The position numbers and the translations under genes are program-made. Shown piece after piece: positions 45,852-57,104 of a DNA stretch of 64,000 bases (its first letter is position 1; each line of letters opens with the position of its first letter). The stretch covers positions 11,160,001 to 11,224,000 of the forward strand of contig OZ076410.1 in NCBI GenBank assembly GCA_964187785.1, written 5' to 3'. The notes beneath the pieces are model-generated. The model saw only the letters and a program-made list of their open reading frames with translations, was not told the origin of the DNA and made no database searches. This DNA comes from Amphiscolops sp. MND2022. Lineage: Eukaryota.

Positions 45852-48800
45852 CTCATGAAACAGAAACAGATTAGTATGCGTGATACCAGGTTTATTAACA
45901 TCACAAGACTAGTACAAAAAACTAACAATATGTTTTTTAAGAACTTGAAAACAAACTATACTTATTTCTATAAACTAAATGTTAATAATGATGATCATCA
46001 ATGAAAATGTTATCAACTATTAACTATAATGGTGATCAATTGGATTAATACGATGACCCAAGGAATAATTTTTGTCGAAATGGCATAAAAATACATTTCA
46101 CGAGTATGAATATGCACCAATAGGAGGATTCAGCTTTATGACACCGTTGTGTTTACAATAACGGAAAACATTATGTTTTATACTATCAATAATAGAGGCG
46201 CAAATACGGTATTCGGAATACCATCTCAAAGTGTTTCGGGATTAACCCCATTTATCATCGTGGTACGTATTTGCACCACTTAAGATCTGCAAACTTCTAA
46301 AGGCACCAGCTGACCGTATGGTAAAGAAAACTCGGGTTGTTGATTTGATGTCTCCAAAATCGAAAAATAGGACCAAAAATAAAAAAAATGATCGCAAAAT
46401 TTCCATTTTCCCTGTTTTCTTGTGTGGCCTCTTTATCCCACTGGGGACAAGATTGGTTCAAATATACACTAGCATGTTTTGAAACATGCTGAAATGCAAT
46501 CAGAGACACGATGCGTGCAAAGTTTTGGCGCAAAGCCCGGAACCAGTGCGTCGAAACCGCACGCCAGCGGATGACTTCACGCAAAAAACTTTGCACGCGA
46601 GCCCGGGAGTTTAAAAATCAAAACGAAAGCCCTAGTTGTCTTCTTCCGCACGCGCTAAAATTGTTTGTCGGACTTAAATACTTCTGCAGATATTGCGGTT
46701 TAAAATTTAAGCACCAGATTTTTAGGTGGAGCCCGAAAATTCATTCTCCATTCCGGGGTGAAGTCTAGAGGAATATTATCTCAAATTCAATGTATTAAGA
46801 TTGGGAATGAGCATGACTTGGTGTTACACATTATTCGTTGGACGTTATTTTCGCTCGCCTACCAGTAAATTTAAAGTTGAAAATCATTCCCGCGGGCGGG
46901 TGTACCAACCAAAAATTACTTTTTGCCCAAAGTGTCACGGTGTCGAAAATATATTAAAGCCTTGCCGAAGCTATTCCCTATCTTTATATATTGGCGAAGC
47001 TAACGGACCTCTCAATGCATTGGCAACGAATCGGCTCTAGATTTTTATACATTGAGACGAGTCGTCAGCCAATCACAATCGAGCACGATACGAGTCGCCG
47101 GCCAATCAGAATTGAGCACTAGTGACACAAACTGAGCCTAAATATCTCTGACTCCTGACAAAATTAAAAATGTAGGTTACATACAGTGAAACATTACAGG
47201 GATCAATACCTATCAAACCGAGTATTTCATGACGGTCAGTACATAACCCAGTACATAAGGTTGATTGTCCAGAACTATATCCGGAATTGCTGAATGGTCT
47301 CTGAAATCTGGGACTCAAAGGTGACAGAGATTCGTTAGTCTGGATTCAATGAGTGTAGACTGAAAACTGTTCCTAACTCCACCCTCCCGGAGACCGGTAC
47401 CCCAATAAATACTAATTACCGTCTGGTGGTGATTTTTTCTCAGTCACTACCAGGACTTTCGAGCGAATCACAAATTCAATGATCGCTGAAAAACCTATTT
47501 TTAGTCGGCTCTTTTCTTGAAAAGAGCCGACTATAATCGTGGCTTTTCGTCAGTGTTTTTTAATTATTTTTTTCGATACACCTGAAGTGACCAAAATAGT
47601 TCTACCAAAAGTTCTACAAAGTTTTAAATTGCCCCTGTTGGCCCAGGGAACTAAACAAAAAGGTTTCCCGTGTAACATACAATACCGGACGAGGCCAAAG
47701 GGTCCCCTTTCAGTTTTTTGACATTGAGAGACTTTTTTCGGAAAAAAATTCCCCAAAGTGTCCATCCTTTAGTTTTTTGGAGTTTTGCGACAGAATGGAT
47801 GTTGAAAAATCACAAAGGGTCCCCCCTTTCAATTTTTTTTTCGGCATTGTGAGATTTTCGAGTTTTTTTCCGGTGCTGTAGAAGAGAATACTTTGACACT
47901 TTGAAGTCCTTTTGCAATTTTTGAGCTTTGGATATGGCGCCGATATGGGCCGCTCCTGGCTTGTTAAGTCATTCTTTAGCATCAAGTCGTATTTTCTTCA
48001 GGTCACTGTTTTGTTAGTTTGGGCTCGAGTTGTCGTTCCATTATCTCGTATCGCGGGCTATTAACCTGTCATGTCGGTACCCAGGCGAAAAAGTGCACGG
48101 GGTGCCAAAAAGAAATATTATTTTTCGTGTGCCCTGAGTGCGAATGAATTTGGTGCAAATGATTTGATGCATTACCTCATCTTTTGAAGACAGCTGTTAT
48201 TAAGAAGCATTTTGAATTGTGAATGTTCAATGTACTGTAACACTTGATGCTCATACTAGGCGAACCAAAAAACAACGGAACGAGCTGAATATTCGCTCTT
48301 CAAAATGGTAGTTTTGGTTAACAAGACAGCAATAATCTTTCACTTTCTCTGTCAATCATCCTCTCATTACGTAATCAAAACTTCAACAAAGAATGATCCG
48401 AACCTTCAGAAAAAGTCCAGACGTCTTTACCAGTCACTTTGTTCACACTTCTGATGTGTGAAAGTTTCTTGGCTTCGACGAAAAGTTGTCAAAGTGAATG
48501 ACTGACAAGTTGAATTGCAATGTTCAGAGTTGTGTTGAAACATTTGTTGACAAATATTTGAAACTTGGAGATATAAAAAATTTTCAATGGTTTCCGTTAT
48601 CTATGGTTCGTTCACCTACAAAATCAAGGAAGTTAGCGTGGAATACAGACATCAGACGACCTTTAGCAACCGTCTGAACTAAACTGTAGTTTGGTGTGAA
48701 AACCTCAGACTTGCAGCTGAACAAATTCTAAAGCCTGAACCGTCATTCATGCTTATGATGTGGGAAATTGGTTCTTCCCACAGGCTCGGGCAAGCTAAGA

Positions 48801-48858
48801 CATCATTTTTCGAGCAAATTGAGTTTTTTTTAAAACGAGAAGGAACAAGAACACCTAC

Positions 48859-48949
48859 CTCTAAATCGTGAACTTTCTTCCTCAGAGCTTCAATTTCTTC
48901 CGACTTCGCTTTCAGAGTTCGTTTCAAGTCATCATATTCGTTTCCTTTA
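48859..48949 (-). CDS. Host gene exon (KGNEYDDLKRTLKAKSEEIEALRKKVHDLE)
   Basis: TTGCAG acceptor (phase 2) and GTAGGT donor (phase 0). Confidence 0.78.
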
Positions 48950-49809
48950 CTGCAACATTGTACATTATCATGAGTCATCCACTTCAATCACATTCCCAAA
49001 TTACTATTGTCTTAGGTTTCATTAGTACCCTGGTTGAAACTGCTTGGACTTTTTACATGCTTTTGTAGGTTGCCAAGCTGATTTTTCATGATTTTATAAA
49101 ATTCTCAAGGAAACTTCCATGCATGTAAACTTCACTAATTCAATTTTATTTTATCAAGCTGCTGATAAGATGCATCCTAGTTTTGGCAGCAATTTCGAGC
49201 CGCGGTGTTTTGCAGGTTTCTGCAGCTTTTTGAAAGCAGCAAAGACCTTATTAATTTTACCGGGATTTCAATGCATTTAAATTTCAGTCACATTATAAGT
49301 TCCAAGGTAGCGTCATATTGAGCGTGCTAACGGTGATTACATAAGTTATTTACTTGAGAAATTTATGCGTGAGAACAAAATGTTTCCTCTCTGTTTTTCA
49401 AAATGTATGCTCTCTGGATTTTCCATGTTTTGTAAAAAATATTTAGTCTGCATGTTTCCATGTAGCATTTTAAAAGTTCAAGCAAGTTCGACTAGCGTAG
49501 GCAATTGAAACTCAAGTGTAAATTATAACGTTTTGTGTCTCGTGTCAACCCCAGGATGGAGCATTAGTTGGAACAATTTCTTTCCCATCTATTATTGTTG
49601 GAAAACTAATTGCGTGTTATTGTTGTTTAAAAAAACGTAGGACAACTCGTGAAGAAAAAATTGATAAGCATGTTCGAAGTTTCAAAATTTGAGAACCTGT
49701 TGCAATAGTTTGATCTTTTGAAAGAAAAAACTTTAAATTTATTTGTATGAAACATTTACCACGAGTAGTTTGTGTTATGATTTTATTTTAGCATTATATA
49801 TCACATTAT

Positions 49810-50000
49810 TGTTTTCCGCCCCCACAATTTATTGTGTAGAGGAGGAAAATTATAATCTGAGTTGCGTTTTTTTAATCAATTCCGCCAAATCTCCACAATC
49901 TCCGTCGACTTCAGTTAGTTACTAATTTCTCCATTTTGGCTCAGTTGATAGCGCATCCGCCTATCAGGCAGTAGACTCTGGGTTCGAATCTCGCCTTCAC
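49810..50000 (+). repeat. Dispersed repeat ending in a degenerate tRNA-like segment (A box 49937-49948, B box 49981-49990); truncated copy 43855-43995
   Basis: TGGCTCAGTTGA and GGTTCGAATC; stems are mismatched; the two copies share GGAGGAAAATTATAATCTG..CCAAATCTCCAC..TTTGGCTCAGTTG. Confidence 0.6.
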
Positions 50001-50044
50001 CGTACTTTTCTAAAAAGTCGGAAAATATGCGGGTGCTTAGCGGG

Positions 50045-50405
50045 CAGGGTTTTGACATCGCTAATTTTTTCCACTAATCGCTAAACCGCTAATTTGAAAA
50101 TCGCTATTTCACTGAAAAGCTTTTTCTGCAAACTATTAAATGTTTAGCTTCAACTATGTTTCAAATTAACTTATTCGGTTTTTGGAAGAAAAAAGACTAG
50201 AATTTTTTATACTGTGCATGTTTTATAAGGGTAAGAGTTGGAATTTTACCGAAATTCATTTTAAAACACCGTCTATACACAGAAGAAATTTTGAATTTGG
50301 AGGGTCTGTTAGTTACCGCTAATTTGAATCGCTAATAAAATCACTGAAAAATTCCTGCGCGGCCGCTAATTCGCTAAATCGCTGATTAGCGGTGTCAAAA
50401 CTCTG
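50045..50405. mobile_element. hAT-type MITE
   Basis: TIR CAG(G/A)GTTTTGACA(T/C)CGCTAAT; perfect 8-bp TSD TTAGCGGG (50037-50044 and 50406-50413). Confidence 0.9.
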
Positions 50406-50868
50406 TTAGCGGGCGTCTTGTAAAACCAAAATTCGTTTTGTAGCAAGCGCATCCAAAAATGACGAGAAATGAGCACTAGTGGTCTTCGAGCCCTCGCTCA
50501 GCAAAACAATTTTAAAGACTAGGGGTGATGTTTCGGTCGGTTCATCGAAGATAACGGTTCTTTTGTTTTCCCCCACCACCGTTTTTTTTCAAAAATCAGT
50601 GAAACTATCAAAACAAAAAACTGAATACGAAACCAAATTTGAAATTCAATTCCAAGGTGTCAATTTACTATCCAGATATGAAATTTGTTCACATTAATTT
50701 TGATGAAGTCACTGATTTTTGATTCAAACAAAAAACTATTCCAGTAGAAGATAACGTTCTCTTATGCAAAAAGATTTTATTTTCAATTAAGCGGTTAGGA
50801 AAACGTTTAAAAATTCGTTCATTCCAAAATAAAGTCCAGGGGAAACAGAAAAAAGCGACATAACTAAC

Positions 50869-51029
50869 GCTTTGAGGTCCATTTTCATCTTGGAACTAGC
50901 GTCATCTATCTCGTTCAGTTCTGACTTGAGCTGTCTGTTTTTCTCTTTGATCTCTTCCTGGATCTTTTCCTGCTGTTGCTCCAAAGACTTCCTCTTGGAC
51001 CTTTCCTCTCCCAGCTCCGCCTCTTTTCT
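50869..51029 (-). CDS. Host gene exon (RKEAELGEERSKRKSLEQQQEKIQEEIK..DLKA)
   Basis: TGTTTAG acceptor (phase 0) and GTTAGT donor (phase 2); heptad-like sequence. Confidence 0.8.
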
Positions 51030-51578
51030 CTAAACACCCATCGCCAAATGACACTTTAGTGCCATACATTTGCCAGAAATGTTTGAAAATGAAGTCTGTG
51101 TTCTTGCTTTTTGGTTAAAAGCATGAATAAAATTCAGAAGAATGTTTAAAAAACATGAGTTTATTATACATATAGTAATACACAGGTGCTTTTCATGAAT
51201 TTGTTTGGGTTCTTTTCTGCCCCCATCCCCTCCACAGCAAAAAGTTTTAAAAGAACTTTTTAAAAAAGAATGAGACTAGCCTCATTGAAAATTGAAACCT
51301 TCTTCCGTAACACGAAGTCTACGTCTATTACAATAGTTTTTTTGTTTGAACAAAACATTTTTCACACCTTTTGACTATAATTATGTTCGAATTAACTGTT
51401 TTTTTACTCAAAACAGAAGGCTGTTCATTTGCTATTCAAAAATGAGTGACTTCATAGGCAAAAACAGCGTGAACAAAGTTCGTATCTCAATTTTAAACTG
51501 TCACCCTGAAAAAAATTTCTGGTTTGGTTTCAAGTATTTTTGTTATAATATTTTCACTAATTTTTCCAAAAAAACATT

Positions 51579-51803
51579 GGTGAAGGCGGCTCTACGACAA
51601 TTCGGACCAAAGACAGATTCGGACCAAAATACAAATTCGGACCAAAGCCAGATTCGGATCAAATATATAAATTCGGACCAAATTACTCTTGGTTAAGAAT
51701 ATATAAACTTGGTCCGAATATATAAATTTGGTCCAAATTTAATATTTGGTCCGAATCTGTCTTTGGTCCGAATTCGGCGCGTGGTCCGAATTGTCGCTTC
51801 ACC
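51579..51803. mobile_element. Small foldback MITE with ATTCGGACCA / TGGTCCGAAT subrepeats
   Basis: Inverted arms GGTGAAG..CGACAATTCGGACCA and TGGTCCGAATTGTCGCTTCACC. Confidence 0.7.
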
Positions 51804-51811
51804 GGTGAAGG

Positions 51812-52155
51812 CAGTGATGTCCCTTTTTAATTTTTTGAAGGATTTTTTATATTAAAGGATCAGCCTTAAAATTTAAAGGATCCTTTAAAGGATTAGAAAA
51901 AACATATTTCAACAAATACTTTAATGGGAACGTCATACAGACATAATGTAATACACATCTAATTTTCAAACAGCAGAATGTTTATGTTGTAATCTGATTG
52001 GCTGAAATTTGCTGTCAAATTTCCTTTTTATTTTGTTTAAAGGAAAAAGGATCCTTTAAAGGAAAATCCTTTTAAAGGATCGATGTTTAAAGCAAGGATT
52101 TTTTAAAGGATCCTTTATAGGATCCTTTTAAGGAAAGTAAAAATGGACATCACTG
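51812..52155. mobile_element. hAT-type MITE
   Basis: TIR CAGTGATGTCC/GGACATCACTG; perfect 8-bp TSD GGTGAAGG (51804-51811 and 52156-52163); internal AAGGATCCTTTAAAGG repeats. Confidence 0.9.
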
Positions 52156-52215
52156 GGTGAAGGGGGAAAGAAAAGAGCCGTTGTTTGATTGACGCCATTG
52201 CATCATCATGCCAAC

Positions 52216-52411
52216 CTTGAGTTCCTTCTTTAGAGCTTCGATTTCTTTCTGGAGATTGTTCACTTCGTTTTTGACGTCACTAGCTGATGACGTAAGTTGT
52301 CTCTGTTTATTGAGGTCTGATTTCTTGGAATCGAACTGCTTTTTCAAGTCAGAGATGTCTTTCTTTAATTTCTCTATTTCCTCTTTACTTTCTTCGCCCT
52401 CACGCTCTTGC
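52216..52411 (-). CDS. Host gene exon (QEREGEESKEEIEKLKKDISDLKKQ..ALKKELK)
   Basis: TTTCTACAG acceptor (phase 2, completes AGG) and AAG|GTTGGC donor (phase 0). Confidence 0.8.
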
Positions 52412-52676
52412 CTGTAGAAAAAAAACAAGAAAAAAGTAAGAAAAAATTGTTAATTGTTCTCAAAAAGGCACTAAAATGCAATTTTCCATTGAAAATAGCG
52501 ACTGCATCAACGTGATATTTGAATACCTCGAAAATTTCTAACGGGCTAATACCCAGGTGAGAAAAAACCATTATGTATTTTTTCGGCACTGCGAGATTTC
52601 ATCATTTTTCAATGATTTTGTAGAATATCAACTAAAAAAGAACCTGGATGGGCTGTCTACCAGTTAATTGCTACAA

Positions 52677-53659
52677 TAGAGATGCACCGGACTAAAAAAA
52701 TTTCCGTCCCTCCGGACAACCGGACAGAACTGATTGAAGCCGGATACAGGCCGGACCGGACCGGACCGGACCTTATCCTCAACTATAAGCGATGTCAGAC
52801 TGTTTTCAGATTGGGCAATGATTATAACGAAAAACAAAGTGAACGTTTATTCCAAAATTGTTGGGAAATAATTCTATTTCTTCTAAAATCAAAGTGCGTA
52901 AATTTTCAAAAAATTAAAATTTTGGCCTTTTCAAACTCTTTAATCCGAGATATGCGATCAGTTGCTAAGATATTTGTCCGGCCTGATTCCATCAAAAGTC
53001 AGACAGAATACCGGACCGGACATTTTTCCGAAATCCGGCCGGATACCGGACCGGACATTTTTCCGAAATTCGGCTAAAAAACGGACCGGAAATTTTCCGA
53101 AACGCAGCCAGAAACCGGACCGGATATTTTTCCGAAAACCGGTCGGATACCGGACTGGACATTTTTCCGAAAACCGGCCGGATACCGGACTGGACATTTT
53201 TCCGAAAACCGGCCGGATACCGGACTGGACATTTTTCCGAAAACCGGCCGGATACCGGACTGGACATTTTTCCGAAAACCGGCCGGATACCGGACTGGAC
53301 ATTTTTCCGAAATCCGGTCGGATACCGGACCGGACATTTTTCCGAAATTCGGCTAAAAAACGGACCGGAAATTTTCCGAAACGCAGCCAGAAACCGGACC
53401 GGATATTTTTCCGAAAACCGGTCGGATACCGGACTGGACATTTTTCCGAAAACCGGCCGGATACCGGACTGGACATTTTTCCGAAAACCGGCCGGATACC
53501 GGACTGGACATTTTTCCGAAAACCGGCCGGATACCGGACTGGACATTTTTCCGAAATCCGGTCGGATACCGGACCGGACATTTTTCCGAAAACCGGCCGG
53601 ATACCGGACTGGGCATTTTTCCGAAATCCGGACCAGACTTGTTATCCGGTGCACCCCTA
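52677..53659. mobile_element. TIR element (TAG(A/G)G(A/G)TGCACCGGA) containing a 35-bp tandem array
   Basis: Inverted termini at 52677 and 53659; no TSD recognised. Confidence 0.65.
53003..53635 (+). repeat. 35-bp minisatellite (GGACATTTTTCCGAAAACCGGCCGGATACCGGACT), ~18 units, with a 279-bp higher-order repeat
   Basis: The variant block GAAATTCGGCTAAAAAACGGACCGGAAATTTTCCGAAACGCAGCC recurs 279 bp apart (~53066 and ~53345). Confidence 0.92.
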
Positions 53660-53816
53660 ATTTTCGGTAAAAAGTAGTTCCCCGTTAAAAGGCGAGCTAT
53701 TTAAAAAAGGGAAGGAAAGTACTAAAAATCTAAGAAAAATGCTGAAATCAATCTAGGGAAAATGAAAACCAGACAAAAGGATATAAGATGTTTTGCCTCG
53801 AGATCTCTGAACCTAC

Positions 53817-54088
53817 CTTCGTATGGTATCTTCTAGTTCCTTTTTGGTCATGGCGACCAGATCTTTGTTGAAGGTTTGTTCCCTTTTCTTGGCGTCCAAT
53901 TCCTCGATTTGCTGGTCTTTTAGTCTGTCTTCGTTCTGCAACTCCTTGAAGTCCTCCTTCAGCCGGTCTGTCTGGATGTCTCTCTCCCGGATCTGCGCAA
54001 TCAGCTCCTTGTTCACCCAGTACAACTTATCCAGCTGTCGCTTCAGGTTGTCATGTTTCATTTCTTCCTCCAGAGTTTTCAGTCTTTG
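53817..54088 (-). CDS. Host gene exon (QRLKTLEEEMKHDNLKRQLDKL..LEDTIR)
   Basis: TTTCTTTCCAG acceptor (phase 0) and GTAGGT donor (phase 2); 272 nt. Confidence 0.82.
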
Positions 54089-54365
54089 CTGGAAAGAAAA
54101 TAAAAACTATGTGAAAATGGAAAAATATGAAGAAAAAATAGCAAAAGTTTGCAAAAAATGTTGAAAAAAAAACACACTGAATCCCTAAAAACCCAGGTTT
54201 TGGGAGCCTTGATTAAAAAAGTCAGTTTTTATCAAATTTTCATCTGGTTTGAACGGCAAAAATGTAATTCGCAGAAATGTTGTAAAAGATATTGAAGATA
54301 TCAAAACGAAATTTTCAAACTTTTGAAAATTGGTTCCGAAAAGTTGGAGAAAAAATCGAACTCAC

Positions 54366-54416
54366 CCTTAATTCTTTGTTCTCTGCTTTTACTGTCTCCA
54401 ATTCTTTGAGATCTTC
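54366..54416 (-). CDS. Host gene exon (EDLKELETVKAENKELR)
   Basis: TATTTTCAG acceptor and GTGAGT donor; 51 nt, phase 0 on both sides. Confidence 0.75.
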
Positions 54417-55795
54417 CTGAAAATATCAACATCTAATTGTATTCAATCCCAGTATTCAAAGCCCTAGTTGGAATTCCTTAAACTTTTTACATGTTTTTCA
54501 AAGTTGCCAGCAACGTTTATTATGATCTTCTAAAACTCTTACAGAAAAAGCTCTCAGCGTGCTATTCGAGAAGCGGTGATCATATCAAAAGAGTAGTTGA
54601 GAGAACAAAGTGTAGTGTGAAAACAACGTGATCGTGTCGGTAACGAAGTGGTATTATTTTTCAAATTTAATTGTGGTTGTGGAAAATGCAGTAGTGTAAT
54701 TCAAGAAGATTTACCACCGGAACTTTGCTGAATTTTCTGTTTTATGAAAAATCACCCTGCACGCAGGCCTGAGGCATAAACAAAGTTCCAGCAGTATCAA
54801 CTAGGGAAGTAGAACCGAAACTTCCAAATACTTTTTTGCCTGTCAATTGCATAAAAAAGTTCTTTTCGAAGTAATGATGCACAATTTAACGAAAAACCTT
54901 CGTTAGAAACACTGACAAAGGAATCTACTGCCGAGTTTTGACGAAACAAAGTTTCGTTTGTCTGCAATGCTGTAAAACCATTAATTGTTTTCCTAAAAAA
55001 CACGAAATGGTTTTTTTAGTCGGCGCTTCATGAAATGAAACGCAACTATTATAGTGACTTTTTTCAATCCACATAAACCGACCAAAATGGTCCTTAAAAG
55101 TTCTACAAAATTTTATGGCCCCAAAATGAATCATTTGGCCTAGCGAACTGAACCAAAAAGGATTTTCCTCTTTTTTTCCGCGTAACATATACAATACCGG
55201 GAGAGACTAAAAAAAGCCTCCCTTTCAGTTTTTTGGCATTGTGAGACTTTTCTTCGAAAAAATTTTCCCCAAAGGGCCCTCCTTCAATTTTTTGATGTTT
55301 TGCGACAGAATGCATGTTGAAACATCCATCCCGAAGGGTCCACCCTTTCAATTTTTTTTCGGCTTTGTGAAACTTCAAAAAAACATTTTTCTCACTTCAA
55401 CTTTTGATGGTTTACAACAATGAATTTTAAAAAATGCGAAAAAGTCCGCCTTTTTAGCGCTCCAGTTTGGTCCAACTTTTGAGGTTTTTGGGTACTGTAA
55501 AAAATATTAGACACTTTCAAATCCGTTTGCTATTTTTGAGCCTTAGATATGGCGCCGACTTGCGAAGGTCCCGGCTTGTTCCTTGTTCCTTTAATCTCGC
55601 TTTAAACGTTTTCGATTTAATTTTTGTACCACTTCAGGAAATCGAATTTTTGAGGCCTTTTTTTAGTTCTGACTTCAGCTGGAGTCAAGTGTGAAAAATG
55701 AGGTGTGGTTTATTTTTCAGCGCCTGAGAAGTTTGTTCAGTCTTAACATTTATTGAAAGGATCAAATCAAAATATGGAAAGAAGTTCGAAGAGGG

Positions 55796-56757
55796 AAGTG
55801 ATGTCCGTTATTAATAATATAAATGATTTTTCATGATTTAAATTACGAGAAAATAATTGCGATAATATAAATTATCATGCAATTATAAATCAGTGCCAAA
55901 AAGAATTAGTAGATCCTTTAAGGTACTCATTTTGAGTTGTTTTTGTTTCTGCCGGACGACATAAAGGACGCCTTGGAAAAACCACGCTCAGCAACTGCTG
56001 GTGAAGGTAGAATACACGGAGTGGTTCCATTATTCCGAAAATAAAATTACCGTTCCTTTATTCCGAAAATAAACTTTGAGTTCCAAAATTCCGAACCATT
56101 TTACACGCAGTAAATACTGCGAGTCATAGTCCTGTGGTAAAAATTTCATTCGATGAACCAATCATATTCCAAAAAAATAATTACAGCACAGGCGGTGAAC
56201 TAATTACGATAATGTAATCAGCTATGCCCACTGCACCTAATGCCCTAAATGCAGGAGCGAAGCGGAGCGACGTGCCAAATGGCCATGCCTCAATGTTGCT
56301 ACTTGGCGAAGGGAGCGAAGCGACCGAGCAATAGAACGAATATGCTAACCTTTTCAAATACTACTTTTCGGAATAATGGAACGGTAAATTCATTTTCGAA
56401 ATAATGAATAGCAATCAAATACACAGTATTTTGCTTGCCTTTTCACTTGTCTGGGGAATTTGTTTTGGACTTGAAAAACACATACGCCGTCATGTTTGAA
56501 TGAACGTTCAAGAAGTTGTCAGCTTCTTTTTGTAGTGTGAAGTTTTATATTCTTGGCTGTTTCGCCGGTTTCAGCACGATATTAGAAATTAGTGTGCAAA
56601 CACGCATCAAATTTGAACCGAGTACCATTTTTATTGACCCTCAAATTGACGCATAAGTTGAATTCCCGATAGTTTATTCTATTGTAGTTATGCCTACTTT
56701 AAGTTAAATTTACTATTTAAATTCTATTTAAATTATGAATGAAAATGGACATCACTG
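55796..56757. mobile_element. hAT-type element of the same TIR family as 51812-52155, with a nested TIR element (~56022-56410)
   Basis: (A)AGTGATGTCC / GGACATCACTG; 8-bp flanks GAAGAGGG and GAAGAAGG (7 of 8 match). Confidence 0.72.
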
Positions 56758-56942
56758 GAAGAAGGAATGTAAAAAGAGTTTAGAATTTAGTCCGTATTTC
56801 AAAACACTTTGAGCATTTGTGGCAATGATATCACAACAAAATCTTCAAAAAAGAACGTTAATGAAAACGCATCAAACTTTGTAGATCTTTTTTCTTCAGA
56901 TTGTAACTTCATTGAAAACCGGTTGCGGACCATGTTTCTTAC

Positions 56943-57104
56943 AGCAAACTCCTGGTACACCTTGTTTCTTATTTCATAAACACCTTCATAAAAAACCTCT
57001 TGGGAGGATGAGAGAATTTGACATGGCTATAAATACTAAGAGGATTGTCTCTAGAGTTGTTTCGACACTTGCAGCAGAAATGATCCTGATTTTTTGATAT
57101 TTTC
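56943..57104 (-). CDS. Tentative upstream host exon with a C2H2-like finger (HFCCKCRNNSRDNPLSIYSHVKFSH)
   Basis: TTTTTGTCAG acceptor. It needs either a weak AAG|GTGTTT donor or a 1-nt indel to reach the GTAAGA donor at 56942. Confidence 0.35.

Noticed and set aside
49930-50000. Functional tRNA gene
   Set aside because: D, anticodon and T stems are mismatched, no acceptor stem is evident, and it is embedded in a dispersed repeat.
52958-53660. Long ORFs (207-232 aa) on both strands
   Set aside because: They are translations of the stop-free 35-bp minisatellite and repeat in all three frames.
55585-55680. Additional host exon (LKSELKKGLKNSIS*..KARLKEQG)
   Set aside because: In-frame stop and no convincing donor site.
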